From a virus (taxonomy: Duplodnaviria > Caudoviricetes): a stretch of 64,000 nucleotides of DNA. The notes beneath the pieces are model-generated. The model saw only the letters and a list, made by a program, of their open reading frames with translations, had not been told where the DNA came from and searched no databases. Position 1 is the first letter of the stretch, and each line of letters begins with the position of its first letter. Shown here piece by piece: positions 53,634 through 62,133 of the stretch. A program made the translations under genes and the position numbers. The stretch is from positions 5,422-69,421 of the IMG/VR virus record IMGVR_UViG_3300043480_000021; one strand, 5' to 3'.

Positions 53634-54665
53634 TCATACCTGCGCGGTTTGCTTCGCCTCCTCGTGCTTACATTTCGACTTGCGTGGGACCTTGTTGACG
53701 ACGATCGTTATCCAGCCGAAGCCGTCCCTGCAGGCGTCGCAATAAACCGGCGCTTTGCCGTTTCCGTTTGCGGCCGGTCCCGCGGCTTTTTCCTTTTCCA
53801 TCCAAGCTTTTATTTCCTTCAGGATAGTTGCGATCGTGACAGGCCCTTTCCGCCAGCTGGTTTGTGACGCGTGAGTAGTAGCGAATTTGTAAAATGCCTG
53901 TACCTCGCTGAGCAGTATCCCCTCGTCGAGCAGCCATTCGATCTGCTTTATGAAAACGGTATCGGTATCAAGTGGACAGCTGCCCGGACCGTGCGATTTT
54001 TCCCACCAGGTCCTGAAGTTTTTGGCGTAGCCTCTGAAGGTAGCCGAAGGCTCCTCCCACACACCTTTTTTGCTCTTGTGTGTGTTTAAATCTTCTGGAG
54101 AAGAGTTCTTAATTCTTAAGGAAGGATTTGGATTATTCTCCAAATGGTCGGTCGATTTTTGCTGGCTACCATTTGGATTATTTTCCAAATGGTCTTTGGA
54201 TTTTTCTCCAGATGCATTCGGATTATTCTCCAAATGGTCGACCACTCCCGCCGTCAAAAATTCCTCGTATTTTTTGTTCAGAAATTCGTAGTCGATCCGG
54301 GAATATTTCGTCATGTCGCCGGTACCTTTGTTCGGCTGTTTAACGATCAAATAGCCCTCGTTTTCGAGCCACTGAAGATGCTTACTGACGGTATCGCCGG
54401 AAACCTTGCCGGTCTTCTTATTGACCGTCTTCCAAAAAGTGAAATAATCCTCGACCCACTCCCGCGCGGAGTTGTAGATATACTTCTCGCCCTCGATGAT
54501 CACCCCGCCGCGTTTCTGCGACCAAAGGTAATGGATCTGCTGAAGGACGATCGCGCGGTGAAGGCCGATCAAGCACGCCAGCGAGGGAAGCACCTGGAGA
54601 GGCGGCTCGTTGATAAGTAGTTTTGAAAATTCGTTTATCACTATTTCCAGTAGAAAGATGAGCAA
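53634..54665 (-). CDS. Phage replication initiator (replisome organizer)
   Basis: N-terminal SKLLINEPPLQVLPSLACLIGLHRAIVLQQIHY winged-helix motif typical of phage initiators; internal iteron-encoded DHLENNPN x3; C-terminal CDAC...CKH. The start may be slightly downstream. Confidence 0.8.
   Translation of the reverse strand: MLIFLLEIVINEFSKLLINEPPLQVLPSLACLIGLHRAIVLQQIHYLWSQKRGGVIIEGEKYIYNSAREWVEDYFTFWKTVNKKTGKVSGDTVSKHLQWLENEGYLIVKQPNKGTGDMTKYSRIDYEFLNKKYEEFLTAGVVDHLENNPNASGEKSKDHLENNPNGSQQKSTDHLENNPNPSLRIKNSSPEDLNTHKSKKGVWEEPSATFRGYAKNFRTWWEKSHGPGSCPLDTDTVFIKQIEWLLDEGILLSEVQAFYKFATTHASQTSWRKGPVTIATILKEIKAWMEKEKAAGPAANGNGKAPVYCDACRDGFGWITIVVNKVPRKSKCKHEEAKQTAQV
54130..54239. repeat. Iteron-like direct repeats (putative replication origin)
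   Basis: GGATTATT(C/T)TCCAAATGGTC at 54130, 54175 and 54220 (45-bp spacing), a partial copy at 54198, and an AT-rich stretch at about 54080-54125. Confidence 0.7.
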
Positions 54666-54679
54666 AAAGAAAGAACCAC

Positions 54680-54727
54680 AAATCGGGGAATCGCGTAGCC
54701 CGTAGAGGCGAAGAGATTCCCCGATTT
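54680..54727 (-). terminator. Hairpin with 13-bp perfect stem after the (XG)n ORF
   Basis: AAATCGGGGAATC / GATTCCCCGATTT inverted repeat, followed by GTGGTTCTTTCTTTTT on the minus strand. Confidence 0.6.
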
Positions 54728-54734
54728 GACATGT

Positions 54735-55031
54735 TTAGCCGTAGCCGTCGCCGGAGCCGGAGCCGTAGCCGGAGCCGGAGCCGTAGCCGTAGCCGTAGCC
54801 GTAGCCGGAGCCGGAGCCGTAGCCGTCGCCGTAGCCGTAGCCGTAGCCGGAGCCGTAGCCGGAGCCGGAGCCGTCGCCGTAGCCGGAGCCGGAGCCGTAG
54901 CCGTAGCCGGAGCCGTAGCCGTAGCCGGAGCCGGAGCCGTAGCCGTAGCCGTAGCCGGAGCCGTAGCCGTCGCCGGAGCCGGAGCCGTAGCCGTAGCCGT
55001 AGCCGGAGCCGGAGTTAATTACTGCTCCCAT
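54735..55031 (-). CDS. Gly-alternating repeat protein MGAVIN-(S/Y/D-G)46
   Basis: ATG lies inside the last codons of the DUF6948-like gene (GTATGGGAGCAGTAA); 98 aa. Confidence 0.6.
   Translation of the reverse strand: MGAVINSGSGYGYGYGSGSGDGYGSGYGYGYGSGSGYGYGSGYGYGSGSGYGDGSGSGYGSGYGYGYGDGYGSGSGYGYGYGYGSGSGYGSGSGDGYG
54738..55013. repeat. Array of 46 hexamers (TCCGGC / TACGGC / GACGGC on minus strand)
   Basis: 276 bp built from only three hexamer variants; counted directly. Confidence 0.95.
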
Positions 55032-55306
55032 ACGGGCACCTCTTCGATCGACTTTTTACCTTCCTCGGTGACCTCGAGTAATTCGATCACTTCGGTAAGC
55101 ACGACTTTGGGTACGGCAACGGGAAATTTACATTGGCTCGGCGACGACGTTCCTTTTACCGCTAACTGCGACAAAGAAGCAGCTCCCGCCCAGTACCATA
55201 GCCGCCGGGCATCTTTGAGCTCTGCCTCTTTTCCATCACGTTTGACCAATATTCCGGCAAATACTCCTGCGGAATAGGTCCGTGCGATTACATAAGTTCC
55301 TTCCAT
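55019..55306 (-). CDS. DUF6948-like phage protein (95 aa)
   Basis: YVIARTYSAGVFAG...ELKDARRLWYWAGAASLSQLA...KFPVAV...EVIE is the family pattern as I recall it; SD GGAG. Confidence 0.75.
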   Translation of the reverse strand: MEGTYVIARTYSAGVFAGILVKRDGKEAELKDARRLWYWAGAASLSQLAVKGTSSPSQCKFPVAVPKVVLTEVIELLEVTEEGKKSIEEVPVWEQ

Positions 55307-55362
55307 CTTTGTTCTCCTTGTGTTGTTTTACCTTCCCTTGCTCGTTTAGAAAATTGTGTTAT

Positions 55363-56727
55363 TTACTCCCCGAAAAAGTTTTCAAACCGCGAAAACTCCT
55401 TCAAGAAAGCGACCTTTACGGTGCCGATAGGACCGTTTCGCTGCTTGGCGAGGATGATCTCGGCAATGCCGGCGTTTTCGTCGTCCGGTTTGTAGTAATC
55501 CTCGCGATATATAAAAGCGACCACGTCGGCGTCCGCCTCGATCTGCCCGGACTCGCGGAGGTCGGACATCATAGGACGGGGCGGGTTCCGGGCTTCCGGC
55601 GCGCGGGAGAGCTGCGAGAGCGCTACCACAGGCACGTTCAGCTCCTTGGCCAGGGCCTTTAGTTCGCGCGAGATAAGAGCGACTTCCTGCTGGCGGGAAT
55701 CGGTCCTCCTGCCGCCGCTCATCAGCTGCAGGTAATCGACGACAATAAGGTCTAAAGATTTTTGCTCGGCCTTTAGCCTTCGCGCCTTGGACCGCATTTC
55801 AAAAACGGATATACCGGGGGTGTCGTCGATGAAGATATTGGATTCAGTAATGACGCCGTCGATAGCGAACGAGATCCTGCCCCATTCCTGCTGTGTGAGA
55901 TAACCGGTCCGATACCGGTTGCTGTCGACCTTCGCCTCGGCGCTGGTCATTTTTATTGCAAGCTGCTCTTTGGACATTTCAAGTGAGAAAACGGCGACGA
56001 CAGCGTTTTCGTCCCTTGCGGCATTTGAGGCGAAGTTAAGGACCAAAGTCGTCTTGCCCATTGAGGGTCTCCCGGCGACGATGATCAGATCGGACTTTTG
56101 TAGTCCGCCGGTTTTCTCGTCGAGATCCCGGAGTCCGGTAGCAAGGCCGAGCAGGGCGTGAGTTTCCCGCTTTGAAAACTCCTCGGCTTTTGCTTTCATC
56201 TCTCGAGCGACAACGCCGAGCTTTGAAAATCCTTTTTTTAGCTGAAAATCCGATAAGGCGAATATCTGCCGTTCGGCGCGCTCGAGCGTGTCCTCGACCT
56301 CTTCTTCCTCGTTCAGCGTTTCGCTAACGATATCGTTGCAAACGCGTACCAGGTCCCGGGCGAGCTTTTTTTTCTTGACGATCCCTATATAGAGGGAGAG
56401 GTCGCTCATGTGCGGCAGACCGTACGTAAGGTTGGTTATTGTCGCAACGCCTCCGATGCTTTCGAGTAAGGATTCCTTTTTGAGCTCCTCACCGATCAGG
56501 ACCGGCTCGAGCGGTTCGCCCCGGCCGAAAACGCCTAACATTGCCGCGAAGATCTTCCGGTGCCGCGGAGAATAAAAATCGTCGACCTTGAGGAGCTCGG
56601 CAGCCTGAAGCATTAAAAGGTTATCCAGGAGTATGCAGCCGAGGACGATCCGCTCGGCTTCTTCGCTGGAGGGCAAAGGCCGCTCGAGGAACTGTTCGCG
56701 CTTTGATTCGAGGAATACGGAAGCCAT
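55363..56727 (-). CDS. dnaB: Replicative DNA helicase
   Basis: LPSSEEAERIVLG, GLATGLRDLDEKTGGLQKSDLIIVAGRPSMGKT, FSLEMS, VVDYLQLM, SQLSRAPE...DLRESGQIEADAD. Confidence 0.97.
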   Translation of the reverse strand: MASVFLESKREQFLERPLPSSEEAERIVLGCILLDNLLMLQAAELLKVDDFYSPRHRKIFAAMLGVFGRGEPLEPVLIGEELKKESLLESIGGVATITNLTYGLPHMSDLSLYIGIVKKKKLARDLVRVCNDIVSETLNEEEEVEDTLERAERQIFALSDFQLKKGFSKLGVVAREMKAKAEEFSKRETHALLGLATGLRDLDEKTGGLQKSDLIIVAGRPSMGKTTLVLNFASNAARDENAVVAVFSLEMSKEQLAIKMTSAEAKVDSNRYRTGYLTQQEWGRISFAIDGVITESNIFIDDTPGISVFEMRSKARRLKAEQKSLDLIVVDYLQLMSGGRRTDSRQQEVALISRELKALAKELNVPVVALSQLSRAPEARNPPRPMMSDLRESGQIEADADVVAFIYREDYYKPDDENAGIAEIILAKQRNGPIGTVKVAFLKEFSRFENFFGE

Positions 56728-56912
56728 TATCGTTTCGGTACCTCCCGCAACGCGGCCGGGCGCCCGGCGTACGTTTCCCTTGGAAACCTGACGACGTTTG
56801 TCGTCAGGATCTTGCCGAATACTTCGTCGGCCGAACGCGCCATATTGGCGATAAGCTGCTCGAGCTGCTCGATGCGCTTCTGTTTTCGTCTACATTCAAG
56901 GCAATCGCTCAT
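56727..56912 (-). CDS. Hypothetical protein (61 aa)
   Basis: TAATG coupling to dnaB. Confidence 0.5.
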   Translation of the reverse strand: MSDCLECRRKQKRIEQLEQLIANMARSADEVFGKILTTNVVRFPRETYAGRPAALREVPKR

Positions 56913-57238
56913 ATTAAATCCAAGATCATCTCAAACCATGCATTCTCCGGAAGCTTCACGCCGCCGAGCCAGGCGAGGGTGTCGTCGCTATCGACCTGGA
57001 TCTCGATCTGTACGCTCCAAAGCGGCTCGGTAATGAGGCCGATCGGGGCGTATTTGGCCGTGGCTGGCACCTTGGGGTGCTTCGGCGCGTAAAGAAAGCC
57101 GTACAAGCCCTCGCGCTCCGCTATCCCGGTCCTGATGAGCCAGTCCCGGCCGGCGGTATAACAGTTAACAGCGTGTTCATGGTTGCCGGGCTCAAAGACG
57201 ACTCTCAGGTCCGGATCAAACCTTTTTAATCTCTCCAT
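56909..57238 (-). CDS. Hypothetical protein (109 aa)
   Basis: SD GAGG; ATGA overlap. Confidence 0.55.
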   Translation of the reverse strand: MERLKRFDPDLRVVFEPGNHEHAVNCYTAGRDWLIRTGIAEREGLYGFLYAPKHPKVPATAKYAPIGLITEPLWSVQIEIQVDSDDTLAWLGGVKLPENAWFEMILDLI

Positions 57239-57256
57239 TTCTCTCCTCTCGAGGTA

Positions 57257-57478
57257 TCAAAGAATCATTTTCAGCGGGTAAACAGCGAGCTCCGGCCGCG
57301 GCGGCTCGTGAGTTTGGAGCTCGCGATCGAACTGCTCGGTGTTTTCCTTCTCGTCAACGGCGATCCGGGTGATGAAGCAGTGGACCGGGATCCCGCTGTC
57401 GGTTTCCCCGGCCCAGACCCGCGCCGGTACGTCGTTGAACTGGACGATCTGCTCGGTGCTTGTGACGGTAATCTTCAT
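57257..57478 (-). CDS. Hypothetical phage protein (73 aa)
   Basis: MKITVTSTEQIVQFNDVPARVWAGETDSGIPVHCFITRI, a common small phage protein pattern. Confidence 0.65.
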   Translation of the reverse strand: MKITVTSTEQIVQFNDVPARVWAGETDSGIPVHCFITRIAVDEKENTEQFDRELQTHEPPRPELAVYPLKMIL

Positions 57479-57768
57479 AAGGTGATAATCCTCCTCTCCT
57501 GCAGGTCCGCGATCTTGGTAGTAACGGCGATATAGGACTCTTCCGCGAGCTTGTTAAAGCAGAAGTCGCACATGCCCGGCTCGGCCCAGGCGCACGCCAT
57601 TTTCGGGTGTTCAGGATGAAAACAGGGTGTTGTATCCGTGCAGCCACAAAAGGCACATTTGACCTCGTCGCAACCGGCGCAAAAGGGCCCGGCCGCGTCT
57701 GCGGCTTCCACGGTCGACGTGAAGCCGCAGTTTCGACACTGGACGATTCGATTAGGGTCGCCGATCAT
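57475..57768 (-). CDS. Hypothetical Cys-rich protein (97 aa)
   Basis: CRNC...CAGC...CAFCGCTDTTPC...CAW...CDFC. Confidence 0.6.
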   Translation of the reverse strand: MIGDPNRIVQCRNCGFTSTVEAADAAGPFCAGCDEVKCAFCGCTDTTPCFHPEHPKMACAWAEPGMCDFCFNKLAEESYIAVTTKIADLQERRIITL

Positions 57769-59672
57769 GCGGCCACCTTTTCCTCGACCGGTTCCGCGGC
57801 GTATTCTTCGACGATTTCATCAAAGTCCTTGCCTTCCTGGAGCCCGGTTTCGATCGCCTCCATTTCGGTTTTCGCCTTTTTTGCTTTACGGGCTTTTTTG
57901 GGTTTTTGAACCACGTCGTCGACGCAAGCGTAGGTTTCCGCGTATAGTCGCGGGATGGCCGCTTTCTTGCCCTCTCTTACTGCTTCCAGATATTTCTCAA
58001 ATTGAGGGCGGTTCTTTTTGTTGGACAGTTCTAGGCGCTCCTCGGCGTCCATCAGGCGGTAGTTAAACCCATAAATCGCGGCGAGCTCCATGATGGCTTT
58101 TTGCGATCTATAATTGCCGTGATACATCTCGCCGTCGTGAGCATGGCTGAACAGGAAGAGAAGGCGCTTCTGCTGATATTCACTAAAGGTGGCTTCGATC
58201 CAATCGGCTGGCCGGAGTTTGCTTGGGGACCATGTATTCCAAAAGTCGTAACTATTGGTCAAAAGCTTAACCTTTTCGCCAACCATTTTTTGGGCGATCG
58301 GGCTAACGACTTGGCGGCGGTCATTGTCTTCAGCGCGGAGCCATAGAGTGCCGACCAGTGCAGGAAGTATGCCCCGATGGAGGCCGGCCTCGAACGCGAA
58401 GCTATTCGCAAAAGTCTCGGAGGCTCCTTCCAGGATTACCCTCCGGATCTTTTCGCGTACTTTGACGTCGATTATCTCTTCGCGCCGCTCACGCTTCTTT
58501 TTAAGCTCTGCTTGGGACGACGAGCTCTTATCCTGCGATACTGACGGAAAATGTTTTTTGCAGGTGTGATCGCGGCAGACTAGAGCCGTGGTCCCGCGCT
58601 TATCGCCGCGGACGTAGATAGTCTGCTCAGCTTTTTCACAGAAGTCCTTGTCGGACGTGAGTACCTTGAATTTATCGTGATAACCGATTATCGGCTTCTC
58701 GTACTCGCTGCTGTCCCAGTTCCCGTAATAATTCGTATCGATCACTGGCGCCTTATAGGTTTTATCTTTCTTATCCTTCTGCCCGTTCTTGGTAAATTCC
58801 GAACGAGTGATCTGGATAAATTTCACCGTCTTTTTGTCGAAGCAGGCACTATTGAGGCATTTATCGTCTTTTGCCTCCGGTGCGTCGAAAAGGGTTGGCA
58901 TCGCTCCGCTGCGGGCTGGACAGTCGACACACTTAAGCTTGTCTTTTCGGAGGCGATCATCGTCGAGCGCGAACGGAGCTCGAGAAAGAAGTGCGTGTAT
59001 GTTTCGCTCGATGCTGCCTAAGAAATTCCGGAAGACCTTGACCGATCTATCCCCGTTTGAATGTTCAAAAAGAAGCTCCTTGATTATCTTCGCCTGAGTG
59101 TCGGGATCGTATTTGACGAGCTCCAGCGCGTGGGTTAAAGGTAGCTCCCTTTCATCCAGAAGTTTTTGGGCCGGGACCGTCAGATCGTTCAGCTTTAAGC
59201 GGGTGTGGATAAACTTGACCGGCTTATGTAGCCGAAGCGCAAGATCATCGAGGGAAAGACCGACTTTCTCCTGCAGGAACTTATATCCCCGCGCCTCGTC
59301 CATGGGCTCCAGGTCGTCGCGGTGAAGATTCTCGTCGATCTGCGCCGACAGTGCTTCTTCGTCGGTAAAATTGCTCACCAAAACGGGCACCATGGAGAGG
59401 CCAGCCAGCCGAGCAGCTCGCGAACGACGTTCCCCGGCAACAATTTCGAATTTCTCACCTTTCGGTCGAACGATAAGAGGCTCAAGGATCCCCTTTGATT
59501 TGATCGAATCTGCCAGCTCGTTTAGCGGCTCTTCGTGAAAGACCGTGCGCGGATTGGTTGCGCTCGGGAAAACATCGTCGATCGGAACTTCCATATACGT
59601 CGGATTTCCGGTTGCGTTGCTCTGTTCCATAAATATGCTTTTCTCCTTATTTTTTCTCTGTGTCGTCTTCAT
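57765..59672 (-). CDS. parB: ParB/Spo0J-family protein with long C-terminal region
   Basis: PSATNPRTVF...LADSIKSKGILEPLIVRP...FEIVAGERRSRAA...DENLHRDDLEPMDEA, then HTH and CVDCPARSG...CLNSACF. May start at 59630. Confidence 0.85.
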   Translation of the reverse strand: MKTTQRKNKEKSIFMEQSNATGNPTYMEVPIDDVFPSATNPRTVFHEEPLNELADSIKSKGILEPLIVRPKGEKFEIVAGERRSRAARLAGLSMVPVLVSNFTDEEALSAQIDENLHRDDLEPMDEARGYKFLQEKVGLSLDDLALRLHKPVKFIHTRLKLNDLTVPAQKLLDERELPLTHALELVKYDPDTQAKIIKELLFEHSNGDRSVKVFRNFLGSIERNIHALLSRAPFALDDDRLRKDKLKCVDCPARSGAMPTLFDAPEAKDDKCLNSACFDKKTVKFIQITRSEFTKNGQKDKKDKTYKAPVIDTNYYGNWDSSEYEKPIIGYHDKFKVLTSDKDFCEKAEQTIYVRGDKRGTTALVCRDHTCKKHFPSVSQDKSSSSQAELKKKRERREEIIDVKVREKIRRVILEGASETFANSFAFEAGLHRGILPALVGTLWLRAEDNDRRQVVSPIAQKMVGEKVKLLTNSYDFWNTWSPSKLRPADWIEATFSEYQQKRLLFLFSHAHDGEMYHGNYRSQKAIMELAAIYGFNYRLMDAEERLELSNKKNRPQFEKYLEAVREGKKAAIPRLYAETYACVDDVVQKPKKARKAKKAKTEMEAIETGLQEGKDFDEIVEEYAAEPVEEKVAA

Positions 59673-59827
59673 CGATCTCGGTCGAGATCGCCCAAAATCT
59701 CATAGGCTACCCATCCGCTTTTTAACTTCTCGGCACGATAGCCGAGTTTCTTAATAACGTCGGGGAGCTCGCTCTGCGCGACCTTGTCTTTTTCCGGCGC
59801 ACGCTTGGCCGTGCCTGCTGTTTTCAT
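59669..59827 (-). CDS. Hypothetical protein (52 aa)
   Basis: SD GGAGG before ATG 59827; ATGA overlap with parB. Confidence 0.45.
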   Translation of the reverse strand: MKTAGTAKRAPEKDKVAQSELPDVIKKLGYRAEKLKSGWVAYEILGDLDRDR

Positions 59828-59853
59828 AATTTTTCCCTCCAAATCTGCGAACA

Positions 59854-60459
59854 TTAATTGCCTTGGACAATCGAGCCGAGAAGCATCGCTTCGAGCTCGG
59901 TCAATTCCCATTCGGCGACCACAACGAACAGGTCGCCCTCAATTCTGCGAAGTAGGAACGGGTCGCGTGGGTATTCTTCCCAACTCTGGACCTCGAAAAG
60001 AATGTAGAAGTTGCTTAAGCGGCTGTATTTGGGCCTCAGACCGGGCGGTATATGGGGAACCGGGGAACGGAGGCCCCGACCGGTCAATTTGCCTGAGTCG
60101 AACGCACCGTCCTTGAGGACATAATCCTGCGTAGGTCGCCAGCGTTCGTCTTTATCAGCGTCACTGAACTTGCCGCCGCCCGAGACATAATCCCATGCTG
60201 AATGACCGCTATGGGCTTGAAACCGGACTGTCTTCCAGTCACCCCTCGCGATAGCAAGCCGCGGCTGGCCTTTTTCGCTTAACCCGGTGGTTTTGAACGC
60301 TTCGCGCACGTTCAGCACGCGCGCGCCCTTGGAAACCATCTGATAGAGTGCCTGAAGGCGATCGTCCTCCGCGGTTCGCTGCCGGGCGTTAAGGCTCTTG
60401 TACTCACGGATCTTCCGCAACGCGTCTGATCGTTCAACTCTGATAGTCGGAACTTCCAT
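59854..60459 (-). CDS. Conserved phage hypothetical protein (201 aa)
   Basis: SD GGAGG; C-terminal ILFEVQSW...DPFLLRRIEGDLFVVVAEWELT pattern. Confidence 0.7.
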   Translation of the reverse strand: MEVPTIRVERSDALRKIREYKSLNARQRTAEDDRLQALYQMVSKGARVLNVREAFKTTGLSEKGQPRLAIARGDWKTVRFQAHSGHSAWDYVSGGGKFSDADKDERWRPTQDYVLKDGAFDSGKLTGRGLRSPVPHIPPGLRPKYSRLSNFYILFEVQSWEEYPRDPFLLRRIEGDLFVVVAEWELTELEAMLLGSIVQGN

Positions 60460-60462
60460 TTC

Positions 60463-60720
60463 CTAACCTCCCGCTTTCGCCTTTTTTGAAAACTTCTTCG
60501 CAAACTCGCAAGTCGCGAAATGATTGATATACAGGTTTTTCCCCTCGACTTTTGCCGTTTCCTTTTCTTCTGCAGTCGCTTGCCGGTAAAGACCTTTTTC
60601 GCGGCTTATCACCAAATTGCCGTCATGATGCGGAGCGGCCTCGATCGGCGCCGGCTTTCCCGTTGTAGCGTGATTTAGCCAGATGATCTCTGTTACACAT
60701 CGCCGGCAGCGGTTAGGCAT
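60463..60720 (-). CDS. Small Zn-binding phage protein (85 aa)
   Basis: CRRC..IIW...GKPAPIE...HFATC. Confidence 0.7.
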   Translation of the reverse strand: MPNRCRRCVTEIIWLNHATTGKPAPIEAAPHHDGNLVISREKGLYRQATAEEKETAKVEGKNLYINHFATCEFAKKFSKKAKAGG

Positions 60721-61131
60721 TCAGGCTCGCCCTCCTTGAATCGGTATCAGCTGGAAAACGGCGCTTGGCTTCGAGCGCATACCACCGTAGACGACCGTCG
60801 CTCTCGGGATAACCGTGTAATCGTCGTCGGGAATAATATGTTTCTGGACCAGCAGATCGAGCGCGTGCTTAATGCTCAGATTGTGAACGTCCCGTTTTTT
60901 CGCGTCGGAATAATAGACGGTAAGGATCGCCTCGACCGGGCCCCGAAACAGAGGCCGCGTTTTCGTCGGGCTCGGGCTCACTCTCGCCTGTCGAAGCGCT
61001 TGGTAGACGAGGATTGCGACCTCTTCCTTGATCTTCTTTTTCACGGCGATGCGGTCCGAGCGGCTCATGCTGTCGAGCTCGTTGTCAGACGGAAACGCCT
61101 GAATACCTGTTTCGATCGAAAACAGTTCCAT
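60721..61131 (-). CDS. rusA: RusA-like Holliday junction resolvase
   Basis: FRGPVEAILTVYY...RDVHNLSIKHALDLLVQKHIIPDDD resembles the RusA D-x-D-N...K...D...DD motif. Confidence 0.65.
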   Translation of the reverse strand: MELFSIETGIQAFPSDNELDSMSRSDRIAVKKKIKEEVAILVYQALRQARVSPSPTKTRPLFRGPVEAILTVYYSDAKKRDVHNLSIKHALDLLVQKHIIPDDDYTVIPRATVVYGGMRSKPSAVFQLIPIQGGRA

Positions 61132-61134
61132 AGA

Positions 61135-61872
61135 TCAAGCCTCCTCCGTTTCGAGGCCCCGAAGGATCTCTCGCTTGTGCGCGATCTTAAGATCTTCCAC
61201 GCGAACGTTAAATTTTTTCTTGACCGCAGCTGCGTAGGTAACAGAGCGCTCTTTGGCGTTCCAGAGATTTGTGATCAGCTCATCGAGACGGTCGTGTTCA
61301 GCGGAAGGCTCCGCGCCTCCTTGGTCCGCCCGGCCGGGTCCGCTATTCGCTGGCGGGTGGTCGATTGTCTGCATCGTTTGAACTTCCACGCCGAGGCGCT
61401 TTTGAAGCTCGAAGAGCAACGCGAACCAGTCGCGGCTATCGTTGCGCTCTGGCCACAGCTTTAGACAGGTCCTGGGGTTGAACACATCGCAGAAGACAAC
61501 CTTGCCCTCTTTGCCTTGGTTGGCGACGACGGACACCGGGGCGCGGAGATCCTCCAGTATCTCGAGAGCAGAAAGCAGGCCGCGGCCGAAATTCGTGTCG
61601 ATACCGCTTCGAATCACGTACGGGCGATCACCGCGGATAGTAACGTCGACCTTGTAAGCGACCCCGCGCCGGCTGTCTTTACGGACGCCTTTGACGTTTG
61701 TCACGTACCCGGTGATGCAGGGCTCGAAGATCGGGACGCGATGGTTCTCGCCGTCCAGCTGGTACCACGAGTAATTAGGACCCGCTTCGCCGTCGTTTCC
61801 ACCGACGAAAACGAACATCGTATCGGGCGAAGGACCAAGGCCGAAGTTTATAGGAATCTCAACCTTGTGCAT
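61135..61872 (-). CDS. Hypothetical protein, possibly ssDNA-binding/recombination-associated
   Basis: SD GGAGG before MHKVEIP (61872); beta-rich N-domain, linker and small helical C-domain; next to RusA. Confidence 0.55.
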   Translation of the reverse strand: MHKVEIPINFGLGPSPDTMFVFVGGNDGEAGPNYSWYQLDGENHRVPIFEPCITGYVTNVKGVRKDSRRGVAYKVDVTIRGDRPYVIRSGIDTNFGRGLLSALEILEDLRAPVSVVANQGKEGKVVFCDVFNPRTCLKLWPERNDSRDWFALLFELQKRLGVEVQTMQTIDHPPANSGPGRADQGGAEPSAEHDRLDELITNLWNAKERSVTYAAAVKKKFNVRVEDLKIAHKREILRGLETEEA

Positions 61873-62050
61873 CGAGAGCCTCCCGTACCTTCTGGATATA
61901 CCTCTCGAACGCAACGAGCACACTCTCATCGAGATAGATCGTGTTGGTCGCCCTGGTACCGTCTTCAGCAGTCAGGACAATTTGATAGTTTTCAAATTTG
62001 GCGTACACGCCGTCGCCTAGATATTGTTTTTCAGTTAAATAATCAGCCAT
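61859..62050 (-). CDS. Small phage protein (63 aa)
   Basis: MADYLTEKQYLGDGVYAKFENYQIVL...NTIYLD. Confidence 0.6.
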   Translation of the reverse strand: MADYLTEKQYLGDGVYAKFENYQIVLTAEDGTRATNTIYLDESVLVAFERYIQKVREALDAQG

Positions 62051-62133
62051 AGTAGTTTTGGGGAGGGCGAACGCTCCCACACCGTCCGCCCTTTTTCCGC
62101 GCTCGCCTCGAATTGGCACAAACGCGAAACTTG

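Noticed and set aside
54130-55013. Possible CRISPR array or DGR repeats
   Set aside because: The repeats are contiguous or lie in coding sequence with no unique 30-40 nt spacers. No cas or reverse transcriptase gene and no TR/VR pair were seen.
54726-55277. Plus-strand (VA/AG)n and (RS)n ORFs
   Set aside because: They are alternative readings of the hexamer array. Only the minus-strand Gly-X frame has a coupled start in operon orientation.
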